Source: Sphaerodactylus townsendi (taxonomy: Eukaryota). Taken from it: a DNA stretch of 55,892 nucleotides. Positions within the stretch are counted from its first letter, which is position 1, and the number at the start of each line of letters is the position of its first letter. Under the pieces are notes generated by a model that did no database searches, was not told the origin of the DNA, and saw nothing but the letters and a program-made list of their open reading frames with translations. Position numbers and translations under genes: made by a program. Positions 1 to 13,115 of the stretch are shown in pieces. Location: NCBI RefSeq assembly GCF_021028975.2, contig NC_059439.1, positions 14,578,109 to 14,634,000 on the forward strand, read 5' to 3'.

Positions 1-1710
1 GCGATTCTTTGGTTTGTCTATTTCTTTTGTTTTACTTGTAAAAACTCAACTTTTAAAAAAGAAAATCACAAAATGACATTGGCTGCTTCAATCCTATCAG
101 AATCCTGTCTCTTAATTTCTAATCAAGGAATTATTTTCCCATTGATTGTAATCCCATTTCGTTCATCCTCCCCCAGTCTGCAGCAAGAGGTGTGATAAGA
201 AAGATTTTCCCCCTACATAAATCCAGGAAATGTTCATGGCAAAGGGGGGGGGGGAGAACTGGTTACTTATACCTATTCCTTCATAGATCCCCCACCCCTT
301 TATAACAAGCATTTTTGAACAGGTCCCTCAACCAATCAAATATTCAATTGTTCTGTCATGTAACTGAGTAATTTATCGGTAAGTCAATTACTTTTAAATA
401 AAAAAAAAATCTCTCTATGGGCACCTTTCCAAGAATTTTAAAGGAAATGCCGGTTATAAAACAAAGAAAAGCCACCATTTAAGAAGTTATATTTCAAACA
501 TTTCCTTCATCCGATTTAGAGACAGGGGAAAATCTGTCTCAGGTGACACCTTACACCCAGTCCAAAACGAATTGAAAGGTAAAGGAGCTCAAGATCCATC
601 AGTACAGTGGGCGATCTAAATTTGCAAAACCGATCAATATTGCTTTCAATACCCAGCAGGTTTTTTGGGATGCAGAGCCCACCACAATCATTTGTCCTCT
701 AGAAAGAAAGAAGCAAAACCCCTTGAAGAAGTCTGGTTATACATTTAGAAGACAAGGTCATTATTAATATTTAATGCAAAATAAAAATTAGGCACAGGGA
801 CGAGATTCAGGTCTGAAAGGGGAAATATTATTCTGCCACTAAAGCTGTAGGGAACAATCGACCAACTGACGTCCTTCGAATATTCATAGATAGTGTTAAT
901 TCAGTGCAAACTCTTGAAGTGTGGGGGGACACGAGCAGGTTACAGAGAGTGAATGTTTCCTACAGTCGGGCTTGCCCAGAAAAATATCTGCTCATTTTAG
1001 AGGCATGTTTAAAGTTTCAGAGGGGTGTCTTTATACCACGATTTTTATTCACCCAACATGACAATTATTTGTACTTGCAGTAGTATGTATGCATCTATAC
1101 ATATCTGCGTCACATATATTGATGTAATATAGTATACACTATTTGATGATAGTAGTAGTAGTAGTAACAATAATAATGAAAATAAATAGCATCCCCTGCC
1201 TGCGTCCTGTTCGACCTGGGATGGCTTCACTGAGCTGGCATAGTTATATCACAAGCCCTGAATGGCACCACTCAGTCCGGGCCTGGCCCCCTTCCCTTCC
1301 CTTCCCCACCCCGCCTCCTCCCGCCCCTTCCCGGCAGATCTGCCCTTCACAAGGCTGCCAATGGCGCCTCGACTTCCCTAACTCTTACCTCTCTCATCTG
1401 TGGCCGGCCAACAAGGACGGGCTTCCCCCTCTCTCCTCCCCCACCTCGCAGCCACCCCGCCACCCCCGCCTCCTGTCCTCTTTAGCGCTGACATCCAGTC
1501 CGTCAGGCAGCGACGCAAGGCCGGTTTTCGCACAGGCTAAACTTTTGACCCTCGCCTTTTTGACCCTGGAATCTATAATGGCCATCCAATCCGCCCAAGA
1601 CAATGTTCACCTCCCCAGACTGCAGAACCTGCGCAGAGCTAGCTAGCTGTCTTCCTTCCTTCCTTTCTTTCCTTCCTTCCTTCTAGCTTTCCTTTCCATT
1701 TTTCTTTCTT

Positions 1711-2120
1711 NNNNNNNNNNNNNNNNNNNNNNNNNNNNNNNNNNNNNNNNNNNNNNNNNNNNNNNNNNNNNNNNNNNNNNNNNNNNNNNNNNNNNNNNNN
1801 NNNNNNNNNNNNNNNNNNNNNNNNNNNNNNNNNNNNNNNNNNNNNNNNNNNNNNNNNNNNNNNNNNNNNNNNNNNNNNNNNNNNNNNNNNNNNNNNNNNN
1901 NNNNNNNNNNNNNNNNNNNNNNNNNNNNNNNNNNNNNNNNNNNNNNNNNNNNNNNNNNNNNNNNNNNNNNNNNNNNNNNNNNNNNNNNNNNNNNNNNNNN
2001 NNNNNNNNNNNNNNNNNNNNNNNNNNNNNNNNNNNNNNNNNNNNNNNNNNNNNNNNNNNNNNNNNNNNNNNNNNNNNNNNNNNNNNNNNNNNNNNNNNNN
2101 NNNNNNNNNNNNNNNNNNNN
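1711..2120. other. Assembly gap (one of nine; others 9146-9304, 13976-14108, 16852-17073, 20681-20886, 24960-25087, 32892-33048, 38172-38530, 51715-51929)
   Basis: Runs of N. Confidence 1.
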
Positions 2121-3953
2121 GGATCTCTTACTGCTATAGCTGCCTTAATCTTGTGTGTTCCCCCCCATTTCCGTCCTGGGGGGGGATAGACGAGGGTGCC
2201 CCCCTCCAATGCAGGGCGGTTCTCTGGCGGTCACCAGGGGAAACTTGGCGGGGTTTGGAGGACGGTGTCAGAAACCCTGCCAGAACGCCTGGAAAGAGCC
2301 GCCGGTTGGCTGCAGTGCATGGGTCTGAAGCGAGCTCTGCTGGTTATACTGAGTTGGTACAAGCGTGGAAATTATACCGTTTTCCCCATCTTACTCCCCC
2401 CTCCCCCCATTATGTGCTGTACATTTCATTTTGCAGGATATTTTCCATTTGTGCTTCTCCTGTAAAACGGTTCCTCTGAAACAAACAAACAAACAAAAGC
2501 ATAAATGCTGCGGACACCTTGCTTTGGCGAAAAATAAAATAAAAATAAAACAAATTCCAGATGAGGCTGGGTTGGTTTGGACCAGCAGGAAATACACCAA
2601 AAGGCGCCAGCCGTGTTTACGCAGGAGTAAAATTCCACTGCGTTCGTTGGGCTTCGCTTGCTTGGGTGAAAGTCCAAGAGAATCCACCAGCAAAGAGACA
2701 TAGGACTGAGTTGCTCATGAGTTACCATCCACTTCCAGAGAAGACTGGTGTTAGTCTGCTTTACCTTCCTATGACAAATGAGAAGAGGAAGGAAAGAAGG
2801 ACACACGGATCTTGTAGAAGGGAGGAAGTATTTTGGACGGGCCAAGGTGGTTTGTGAACCGTCTGGAATTGAGGGTTTTTGGTCCCTGCTCCTCCCTTCA
2901 GGCCAAATGGGAAAATGTTTGGTCATCCGCTGAAGGAAGATTATACCCCACACTGAAGCTGGCTCGCTCGGAACACGCAGGTTAGCCTCACGCCCCAGGA
3001 CCCCAACCTCTGCACTTATTTTTATTCAGGGAGAAGTTGCCACACGAATAAACCCATTGCATTATCCCCTGCCATCCTTATCCGACAGATGCAGTCATTG
3101 GAGATCCCAGAAGATCAGGGAATCTTTTTTGCTGCCTGCCCAACTCTCTCGACCACCTTCTCTTCCCAGGAAGGTAGCCATTTAAGAGACCTTCTTACAC
3201 AACACGCCAGGAAAGGGAACTGGAAGCAGGGATGGAGGAGGAAGAGGAAGGAGAAGCAGAAATAGGAACCAGCTGATGTGAGAAATTAACACCCGGTTTA
3301 CAGCACATTTCCCCGGATCTAAAGCCCTCCTGATTTCAAAGGAAGGGTGTTGATAACACACTTGGGAAAACTCGTGTTTTCCCTTTCATCTTGAGACAAA
3401 AAGCACGCACGATAAAGCAAACCAGCAAGCAATGCTCTGGGCTGATAGCTTTTCACATTCCCCAGTCCAAAATATGATCGACAGCGCCTTTAAGGCACTT
3501 TTCGTTTCATTTTGCTCCACAGACCGCCAGGCCAGCTAAATAGAATCGCCATTTCCCACGTGCAAAATATTCTTCCTCTTCCCGGGGTCGTCGCCATTGT
3601 TCCCATTTTACAGAGTGGGGGGGGGGGCGGGGGGGAGGGAGCGAGCTCGTTTGACAGCCATGTGCAAGCTCAGATCCTGACCAAAATTCAGCGCTCCTTG
3701 GACTCTCCCGTTTTATTATTTTTAAAGAAAACTGCTGAACAAACCAACGTGTTAAAGAACCGGGCAAATCGAAAGAGGAGGGTCTTTTTTTAAAAAAAAA
3801 CTCAGCAAAAATGAATGTTGACCTCCGAATTTGACGCTACCCCCTTGCTTGAGGAAGAGTTCCCCCCCCCCGTTGCATTTGGATTTGGGGGTGGGGGTGG
3901 GGAGAAGCCCTTCTTCTCCTGTATAGATGCGGCTTTTTACCTCTCCCGTCTGC

Positions 3954-3970
3954 TGACCTGGGGATGATCC
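3954..3970 (-). promoter_or_regulatory. DR5 retinoic acid response element, probable DE-RARE (DERARE) of the Hoxb4-Hoxb5 interval
   Basis: Minus strand reads GGATCA-tcccc-AGGTCA (5-nt spacer), about 8 kb 3' of HOXB5. Position and half-sites fit the known DE-RARE as I recall it. Confidence 0.75.
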
Positions 3971-4521
3971 CGAGCGCCTATGAATTATTGATGAGCTATA
4001 AGGACCGCTCCCCCCCTTTTCAGTATGCAAACCCCATTACACTGTTAAAATGGCGATTTAATCGCTCCGAATAGCTTCGCCTTGCTTCTTTCGAGCCCCC
4101 CACCCCGCCTCCTCGACGCGCAACTCATTTCAGCCCCCTTTTCATTTAATGTTCTTAATTAAAATCCTTTCACAGATTTTAATTCCTCTCCCTTTTTGGG
4201 GGGCGGGCGGCTGGGTTCTTGCACAGAGAGAAAGAGAGAGAAAGAGGGCGAGGGGGGAAAAAAACCGGCAGAAAGACCTCCGCACCTAAATGAGCCTTTG
4301 ACAAGGAAACCAAACATTTAAAAAAGAATAAATGGAAGGAGCGCTGTATTTAAATCCAATCACAGCAATCAGAGGGAAAGTGTTTTTAATTAGGGTTACA
4401 TTTTTATATTTAAAATTGCGGGGGGGGGGAGTTGGAACTTCTTGGGCCATGACATTTACCTGGTTGGCAAAGGCATTATAATAAAGATTTGTGCTCTTGT
4501 GCTATAATGTTTTATATTGTC

Positions 4522-4600
4522 TGCAAGAGGATTTGGCTATTTTGCACAGTAAAATCCAGCTGCAAAGTGCACTGAAGGTGCATTGAAAGTGCATTATTCT
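4522..4600 (+). mobile_element. Truncated copy of the palindromic MITE-like element at 6609-6759
   Basis: tgcaagaggatttggctattttgcacagtaaaatccagctgcaaagtgcact...ttgaaagtgcattattct aligns closely to 6663-6741. Confidence 0.75.
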
Positions 4601-4640
4601 CCCTGAGCAGGAAGGACCCAAGTGGGGGGGGGGGGGATAT

Positions 4641-4773
4641 AGGACACCTAACAGCCCAAGTTAAACGCATTTAAATCCTGTTGATTTTAGTGGGTGAGTC
4701 AAGTGCCTGCATAAATCTCTCCCAAGAATCAATGAGACTTTAAAAGTGTTTAACTTGGGTGGGATCGTGTCCT
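4641..4773. mobile_element. Fold-back (MITE-like) element
   Basis: Inverted arms AGGACAC..CCCAAGTTAAAC..TTTAAA..TTGATT and AATCAA..TTTAAA..GTTTAACTTGGG..GTGTCCT, with TA-rich flanks. Confidence 0.65.
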
Positions 4774-5321
4774 TATTTGTTTAGACTTGCACTTGTTCCA
4801 CGGCTCCAGACGTAGCCCAATTTAATCAATGTAATCCGAATGAAAGCATGATAGAATCCACAGGCCTAGCAGTAGTACTTCTGCTGTCTGGTTTGTCGCT
4901 TTGACACAGGTAGAAGTAAAAAAACCACACATTTTTGAAGATGACCATCTTATGGTTTACTAGGCTCTCTTTTCCATGCTCTCACCAACCCTGGATTTAT
5001 CTTTTGCACATGCACCAGAGTCTCCTTAGCAAAAAAGAGGTCAGTCTACCTGTTCTGTCAGATTTGGACTTCAGAAGGCTCTGTTGGAAGTCCCTCCCAT
5101 ATCTCTACCATCAACTTTAGCACAGGTCAGGAAGTCACGTGTTTGTTCAACAGCAGACAACTTCAGCTACCTTTTGCTCTTTGAACACACTTGCAACACA
5201 ACCTATAATGCCGGCCTTCAAGGTCCAGATTTGGACGGAAGGTTCATTCCACCCTCTCAGGAAAGACCTCCTCCTCAAGCTACATTTTCAAACTGTGCCA
5301 TGCAAAAACAAAGTAAAAAAA

Positions 5322-5503
5322 TAAATCCTACAGGCTATCTCCAAGAATATAGATGTAAAAAAACCCCTCACAATGTCAATATATCCTGCATAAATCCTAC
5401 AGGCTATATCCAAGAATATAGATTTTTAAAAACCCTCATAATGCCAATATATCCTGCATAAATCCTACAGGCTATCTCCAAGAATATAGTTTTAAAAACC
5501 CTC
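5322..5503 (+). repeat. Tandem repeat, ~68-bp unit x ~2.7
   Basis: TAAATCCTACAGGCTAT(C/A)TCCAAGAATATAG restarts at 5322, 5391 and 5459. Confidence 0.9.
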
Positions 5504-6608
5504 GCAGTTTAAAAAACCCAATATATTATCTCAAACCTAAAACCTGTATGTCTACCTGCCTATCTTTCTGTCTGGCTTTGGTATCTCAAGAAACAAACTT
5601 AGGAAAGCTCATAAATGCTGTTAGTCTTTAGGACACCCTTGAAATCCTCAAACCCTCTAACTGAGGTCTAATTTTTGCAAACCCATTACAATGGTTTCAA
5701 AGTCAGCCCCGTCAGGCAATTGAGTACCAACTAGTCACTCATCAAATAATCACATTTTAAAAAAAATAAACAGTTGTAGCACACCAACAGATCTGCTTCT
5801 ATATCTATAACGAAGGAAATAATATTCACGCATGGGGAGAAGATGGATATCAGGATGCGTGTGTGCGCGCGAGTATGTGTGTGTTGGTGTGTGTGAAAGG
5901 GGCATTCGTACAATGGTTTATACACACCCATGCGCTTGCAATGAATAGACCGGTCTGGTTATCAGGAGGACAAGTGAGTTCAAGGGGAGTTTATCCATTG
6001 ACTTCAAAGAACATTGGATATGACCTTTTGTGGTCAAAAAGTCAACTATTGTCGCCTGACTACTTAAGAGAGGTGTATATTGGCTGGTCTGGAGCAGATT
6101 GTCTCCCCCCCCCCCCTCCCAACACCTCCCACTCCCAATTTGTGAAGATAGACTGGAAAGATTAATTGGAGGAGTTTGAGATATCATGCATATACCAGCC
6201 CTTTTTAGTTTTTGGCTGGTCTCTGTCTGGGGTGGGGAAGAAATGTGTGATGATGTGTGTTTGTGTGCACAATTTAATTACTTATAATTAAAAGACAGCC
6301 GCCATTATGGATTGCAATTATTATGCTAAAAGCAGGGTACCTAGAAACTCTATCCCATATGGTGAATGTAACCTATTTTACCGAAAACCTTGGATTTTCG
6401 AAGGGTAGGACTTGTGATCACCTTTTAGATTTTAATGGGACACCCCACCCCAACCTACAAGAAACAGGAGTTCTTCCATTTTCTGATGCCATGAAAAGGG
6501 AATTATAGGCTAAAGAGCCCTTCATAAGAAAGGAGGGTAAGCATTTTGAATCCCTCAGTGAGGAAGAAGCATTCAAACCTGCTGTACAAAGGAACAAGTG
6601 GAGTCTAT

Positions 6609-6759
6609 GGGCACTTTTGGGCATGCAGAATAATGCACTTTCAATGCACTTTTGCAATTGTTTGCAAGTGGATTTTGCTATTTTGCACAGTATAATCCAG
6701 CTGCAAAGTGCACTAAAAGTGGATTGAAAGTGCATTATTCTGCATGTGCGAAAGTGCCC
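6609..6759. mobile_element. Full-length ~150-bp palindromic MITE-like non-autonomous DNA element
   Basis: Terminal inverted repeats GGGCACTTT..GCATGCAGAATAATGCACTTTCAAT / ATTGAAAGTGCATTATTCTGCATG..AAAGTGCCC, TA within 1 nt of each end, and a second partial copy at 4522. Confidence 0.8.
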
Positions 6760-8099
6760 TTACAGATCAAAGAACAAGGTCCAGTATATGAGATCAGTGT
6801 TTCTGTTTCCTGTTTACACTGTATACAACCAGAATTCAGGAGGGGCTGTAATAAGGACAAGAGAAAGGAAAGGAATGTTCTGTAGGAATCTTTATCCATG
6901 TTTCCCGAATGGCATTTTACTCTTCCGTTAAGGTTTCTTTTGCAGCAAAAGATAAGAAAGGGGGATCTCCATCCTACCCCCCTCCCCAGCTGAGGAATCC
7001 AGGCCCACCATCCAGGTCACGTACAGTAATTTTCCCAAGGGATTGTGAAGAAATCTTTTTAAGGATAAGAACAGGGCTGTTATAAGAAAGGAAACACAAT
7101 CCTACAGAAAGCAGATGCTATTTTGACTCCTGTTTCTTGATTGCCCTAAAAAAATCCTTGTGGTCAGGCTTGGGGTAAGAAGAGCTAACCAGTTTCGGAC
7201 ACCTCATTGTCCCACAAAGAAGTCACTGGCCACATCTCTGTGTAGCTACGATCTCTCCTTGCTGCCTTGGAAGCAAGAAAATGGAAGAACTCCCCTACAG
7301 GGAGAAATGGCATGGGACGGAATGGAACCAACTCAACAAAAGGGTTATCCGCACTTTAATGAAACGCTTGGTTTGGGGTATAAGATGAGGCTTAGATATA
7401 CGGTAGGTATCATCCTGACAAGGAACCTGATAGGGAAATATGTCAATACTAGTCTGCAAGCAACAGCGTAGGCAGGTGAATTGATATCCCTAACCGGACA
7501 GAAAAATGACAAACACATTGGTGGAGAGATTCAAAGAAAGGAATGGGGAGAGGTGGGCAACAGGGGGCTATGGGGTGGGTAGACTGGACCGGATAATGAA
7601 GAATTCTCTTTCTCCTTGCAAATCACAGCTCTCTCCTTCTCATGCCTCCGCGCATGTAATCCCAACTTTTCCCCAATATTTGGGTGTCTTTCAATTATTC
7701 TAATTATTGTGTATTAATTGGGGCTGGGGGTATCATATGTACAGTTATGCTCTTTTGGAGGCAGGGAACCCATCTGACCAGCACAGCAGCATTTCGCAGA
7801 GAGATGCCACCACACGATGATGGGCACATGGCCTGCCAATGGGAAACCCAGCAAATAGAACACGTGTGTCGTTCTGCAGAGATCTGAGTTGAAAAGTAAC
7901 CTGCAGTGTGGTTGGCCCCGATATTTCCTTCCAGTTTGAGGGTCCAATTCAGTCAGAGTTCAGCTTCTACCAACATAATGGTAGATCCCTGATGCCCCAT
8001 CTACTTTGGAAAAAAAAATCTGTAATGCTCTCTAAATTAATGTGAAGGAAGAACTTTTATGTTGATTTGAAGGAAGTGTTTTAAATAGGAGGCGGGGCT

Positions 8100-8250
8100 G
8101 GTCTCCTCCATTTTATCCTCCCAACAGCCCTGTGGGGTAGGCAAGGCTGAGAGCATGTGAGCGGCCCAGGGTTCCCCAGTGAGTTTCCATGCCAGAGTGA
8201 GGATTCGAACCTGGGTCCATCACTAATCCCTATGCCAACACTAACCCATA
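8100..8250 (-). mobile_element. tRNA-derived CORE/MIR-like SINE fragment (squamate Squam3-like)
   Basis: Pol III B-box GGTTCGAATCC on the minus strand (8201-8211), adjoining the typical 'ttttatcctc.caaca.ccctgtg.ggtagg..aggctgagag' body. The family name is from recollection. Confidence 0.65.
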
Positions 8251-9662
8251 AAGGGACAGTTATTCATGATGAAGCATTAAAGTCCTTCCCCATTCAAACC
8301 ACCACTATTACAAGCTCCAGTTAGGGATCACAAGGAAAAGTGTATTAACGCTCCAGTCTATATTACCAAGTAGGGTCTGAATTAAATAGGAAGGCGGGAA
8401 GAAAGGAACAGCAACTGCAGAAACAAAGTACCATTTATGCTTTCTGCAGCAGACATGTGTCTCCCAAATGTGAATCCCTCCTGAAATTCCTAGTTTAAAG
8501 ACGGAAGGGGAGGAGGGGAGATTAAAGCTTCAGAATGAGACACCCTCTCCACCCCCTACACACACACACCCAGTCCAACCTCACCAAGTTTCAATGCATT
8601 ACAAAGTTCTCCCGAGTAAGCATCTCCGAAATGAGATATAGCTCTTCGGTAGCCCCCATCCATTCCTATGGAGCTGATCTAGGGCATTTTCTGTTGGCCA
8701 AGAGCAGCCAGGCTTTGGTTTCTGGAGTGTCTTTTCTCATCATGTTGTTAGGGCACCTTCCGCCAGTGTTCACTGGTAGGCATGTTCAGCACATAATTCT
8801 ACATTTCAAAGTAGACAATGAGTCTAACCCACCCACTCATTTTTGATGGTGCAGCCCCTTGAAAATCCGTTTTTGAAAGCCCAGTCAACTTGCAGAAATG
8901 GAAGGACTGGCAGAGCCTGTGATTTACTAGGTCTTTCTTTCCCAGTGATTGGGATCCTAACAAGAATTTGTAGGGATGGGGGCAGGGTGAATCCACTAGC
9001 ACTTTCCCTGAAATCAGCACGCATAGGATTTCACAGTATTGGCATTGGGTCGCTTGTAATCTGATGAAAATGCCTATCTGGCTTTATGCATTATCTGAGA
9101 TTTGTACATTTCCTTACTTGTGAATGCAAGCAAGTTCCCACTAAANNNNNNNNNNNNNNNNNNNNNNNNNNNNNNNNNNNNNNNNNNNNNNNNNNNNNNN
9201 NNNNNNNNNNNNNNNNNNNNNNNNNNNNNNNNNNNNNNNNNNNNNNNNNNNNNNNNNNNNNNNNNNNNNNNNNNNNNNNNNNNNNNNNNNNNNNNNNNNN
9301 NNNNGAGTAACATTTCATTTAGCTGACAATACCAGTTTGTTTTGAATCACATCCTTAAAGGACAGAAATAAATAAATGTAGGTCTGCAGTTGGATGTTTG
9401 AAGGAATTCTTAAAATGCTATAAATCATGAGGTGCCATTCTGAAGTTATGCCTGCTACCTCTATCATGAGCGTTCCTCTATTTCATGTCGAATATACTTC
9501 GTGTGTGTGTGTGTGTGTGTGTGTGTGGTATGAGACAATTGACCATTTTCACCCAATTTCCTTCTCCAAGAGACCACCCCACACTGTCACTCAGATAAGG
9601 TCCCCTAAACAGATAGTTTTCTCCCTCAGCATGCCCCAATCTGTTTGGTTTGGGGTATATTC

Positions 9663-9757
9663 AGGCTGCAACCTTGTGCACGCTTCCTTGGGCGTAAGCC
9701 CCATTGAACTTAACTGATATTTACATCCGAGCAAATACACCTGGAAGAGGATCGTGC
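9663..9757. mobile_element. Degenerate palindromic element ('tgggagtaagccccattgaa' family)
   Basis: ggctgcaacc..tgcacgcttccttgggcgtaagccccattgaact; similar to copies at 13404, 19347 and 52415. Confidence 0.5.
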
Positions 9758-10689
9758 AAGGTACCAGTGAATGACACAGCGAGTGCGGCAAAAAACCACA
9801 GCGAGTGACCTAGCTGCGGAGCTTGTGCTCAGCGAAGCTTTGTAAGGGAACTCTCTTACCCGAGGGATTGTGTCAGGGGGAAAATAGCAACAAGTGAATT
9901 AAACACGGGGAAAGACGGTACCATATGGAAGTTTATAGAAGGAAAATTGGGGGTGGGGGTCGGTAGGCCCGCGGCATCCAGGCGAGGATTTAGAGGACAC
10001 GACAATGCGCAGAATCCATTCAGGTAACTGACCCCCCATTAAAAAACCTCAGGAGGGTCTTGCGAAGCTGTCTTTTGCTTATAATGCATGCATTCCCAAC
10101 CCACAGACAGGAAATCAGTCCCACTGACTCCGAAGCGATCCAGTTCCTTCCCTTCACCAGACCCCAGAGAGGCCAGACCACCCTCCCAAACCGTCCAAGG
10201 TACATCGGTTGGCATCCACGCCCCCACCCGAGCCAAAATAAAAAAGAAACTGTAACATTCTGCTGCAGTGGTGTCCCCATTCATCTCGATGGAATGATGT
10301 TGCCCAATGTACACTTTAATTTAAAAAAAAGAAAATCAGGTGGGTCACTGCAGGGTAGATCTGGGGCCTGGGTTATTTTGATCTCCGTTTCATTACAGAA
10401 GACAGTTTGAGACTCGATTCCCCCCCCTTCACCCCTCTCCCCCTCCCCCTCCCCTCCCCCGCCCCTTCTATAGCAATCTAGCCCTTTAAAAGTCATTTCA
10501 AGGGGGGGAAACTTACTTTATTTAAGGTTAGCCGCTTCTAAGTCCTCTTTGGAGCAAACCCTGCACCTTCAATGCTTCCTATTCCGGCTATGAAGCAGCC
10601 TTTATCTCGCCTGCAAGGGAGCTCTCCCCTCTCTGCCCCCTTCCAAGCCAAAGCAGGCCGTTAAAATGTCACTTAACATTCTAGAGAAT

Positions 10690-10860
10690 GTGAAATATAT
10701 TGTACATTGTCAACTCCCCAAAACCATAAAACTAACTTTATGGACCTCACGTGACTTTTGAGAGCCAGTGAGGGGTATCTGGCTGAGGTCTCGGCGATTT
10801 TTACGATCTAACTTCTAGATAAAACCCTATCCATTTGACATCTTAATGTCACAGCTACTT
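10690..10860. promoter_or_regulatory. Promoter/enhancer-like block 3' of HOXB5 (Cdx/Hox sites, E-box)
   Basis: CCATAAA, TTTATGG, CACGTG and TTTTACGA clustered within about 100 bp; same motif grammar as the HOXB5 and HOXB7 promoters. Confidence 0.6.
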
Positions 10861-11843
10861 TTGGTATACTTACTTACTTTTGGTATGGATAAAATATATG
10901 GGAGTGAGTGTGTCTGGGTGTGTATCCGAGGGAAGGCAAGGAAATGAGTTGTTTTGGGGAATGACAGCCCCGCGTCCCGTTCCTCTCCCAACCATTTAAG
11001 AAGTAACTAAAGAGTTTGGGGTAAGTTTTATCAGACTAATTTTACTTGCTATCAGACAGAGGGCTCTGAAGGGATCGCTGTGGAGGACAGGGGCGCTTTG
11101 CGTTGGGGGGGGGGGACGGAGGAATAATGAAAACCTGCTTAGGAAAACCAGGAGTCGTGGTGCAAAAATTGCCTTTAAAAGTATCTGTGCTGAAAACAAA
11201 CCCTAAAGTTACCACAGTTCTAATTTTCATTTTCGGTAAGGCAAGGGGGTTTAAAAGAAACAGCTAAACATATATGCGCCTTGTTAGATTATCTGTATTG
11301 AAGGCAGTTTATGTGTATGTGTGAACCTACATATATATTCTACTGTATACGCTTTTGATACTTAGCTGGGCAAATCCAGGAGCCTTTTTTTTGTTCCATG
11401 TTAAGATAAACTCCTGCTACCCTCCAAATGGCTTCGTTTATGGCTTTTTCAAGGTTGCAGCGGGGACTTGGAAGTAAGGGCCCATTGAAACAAATGGGGA
11501 CGGATTGTCGAGTAAACACGGGTCAGGGGCGGGGTGCAAAGGAAGGAAGCGAAGTTTGGGAACAGAAGAAGGGGCTTGTTTGCTTTTTCTCTGGTTTGTG
11601 TTTTCCTGAGGAACAGCTACGCCGTCTAAAGTGAGATCTTGTATCCTGGGATTGTAAGGTTAAGGAAAAATCTCTGGCGAACCTGGTTTGGGCCACATGA
11701 AGGCTGGACTTTCGGAGGTTTGGAAGAGCGTGGGATCGGGTGTGACTTCGGTGTCGCGATTTTCTAGCAGCGAGTAGCATACAGAAAACACAAAAGAAAG
11801 TGTGAGGGTTGTTTTTTTTTTACCCTTCTGGCCAGGAGTAACG

Positions 11844-11849
11844 TTTATT
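11844..11849 (-). terminator. Probable HOXB5 polyadenylation signal AATAAA
   Basis: AATAAA on the minus strand ~975 nt after the stop codon. Confidence 0.6.
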
Positions 11850-12821
11850 TGACTTCAAGTTAAGGCTACAATGCATACGAAAAGCTTCTTTGCAAAGATG
11901 AGAACAGGCAGCTAGACTTGACAAATGCCATTTCAGATACACAGAACACGGAATTCACCCTGCCCACTAAAACTTCCTATTAAGTCACTGCAGAAATATG
12001 TCTAGTATTTACAAACATTTTTTCAACATACTAGGGTTGGTCCAATCGTATACCCTTTCGAAAGTGAACTTCACCCACATTCAAAGAAACAAACAAACAA
12101 AAAGATCTCAGGACTGGGCTGAGACCCAAAGCAGGCCAGAATACGGACCGAATCACAGACTTGACATTTTCAAAGACAGAAAGATACATGAGCTTATAGA
12201 TATAGATATAGTGTAATTTTTAAAAACGTGGTTGTGGCTTGGCTTTTCTGTTTTTAAATTCCACCCCTCGTATTGAAGGACAGGTTGTCCTGACTTGAGA
12301 AAAAAAGGAAAAGAGGTAGGACCCTCCCTAAAAGCAGGACATTTTAGAAAAGAACCCCCCTGTCCATTTTCTCAGTACATTATAAATAAGTTATAACATT
12401 TAAAGAGCACACATTTAAAAAAATTAAAAAAAACATGCCAGCTTTTTCCAGAAAGCATCAATTATAGCACGGACACAAACATTTAGAACACTTAGATCCT
12501 TAAAGAAGCCTCTGGAAATAACTTTATTATTATTATTATTCTTTTAATTTAAAGGGGAGGGGGAAAATCGCAGCAAAGGACACGGTCCTGGAATGTTAGT
12601 ACCCCGAAAGGTGTTTCTTTCAAAACATCCCAAACAAAACAAACCAGCCGGATGGAAAAGTGCTTCACTTTGTAGTACTTGGAACTTTAGGGAGGAAAAA
12701 AAACACGACTGGCTGTTTGCTTGCTTTTGTTTTAAACTTTGCTCGCTTTTGCTACCCCTCTTCCGCCGCCCCCCCCCACGCCCCCCCTCCTCATGCCTTC
12801 TTGTGCCCTCCTTGATATAAT

Positions 12822-13115
<294 letters not shown>

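Noticed and set aside
5322-5503. CRISPR-like repeat-spacer appearance (also 40789-41045)
   Set aside because: The whole unit repeats with no unique spacers, the context is vertebrate, and there are no cas genes.
1-12000. miR-10a hairpin expected between HOXB5 and HOXB4
   Set aside because: The reverse complement of mature miR-10a (CACAAATTCGGATCTACAGGGTA) was not found by eye. It probably lies left of the window or in an N-gap.
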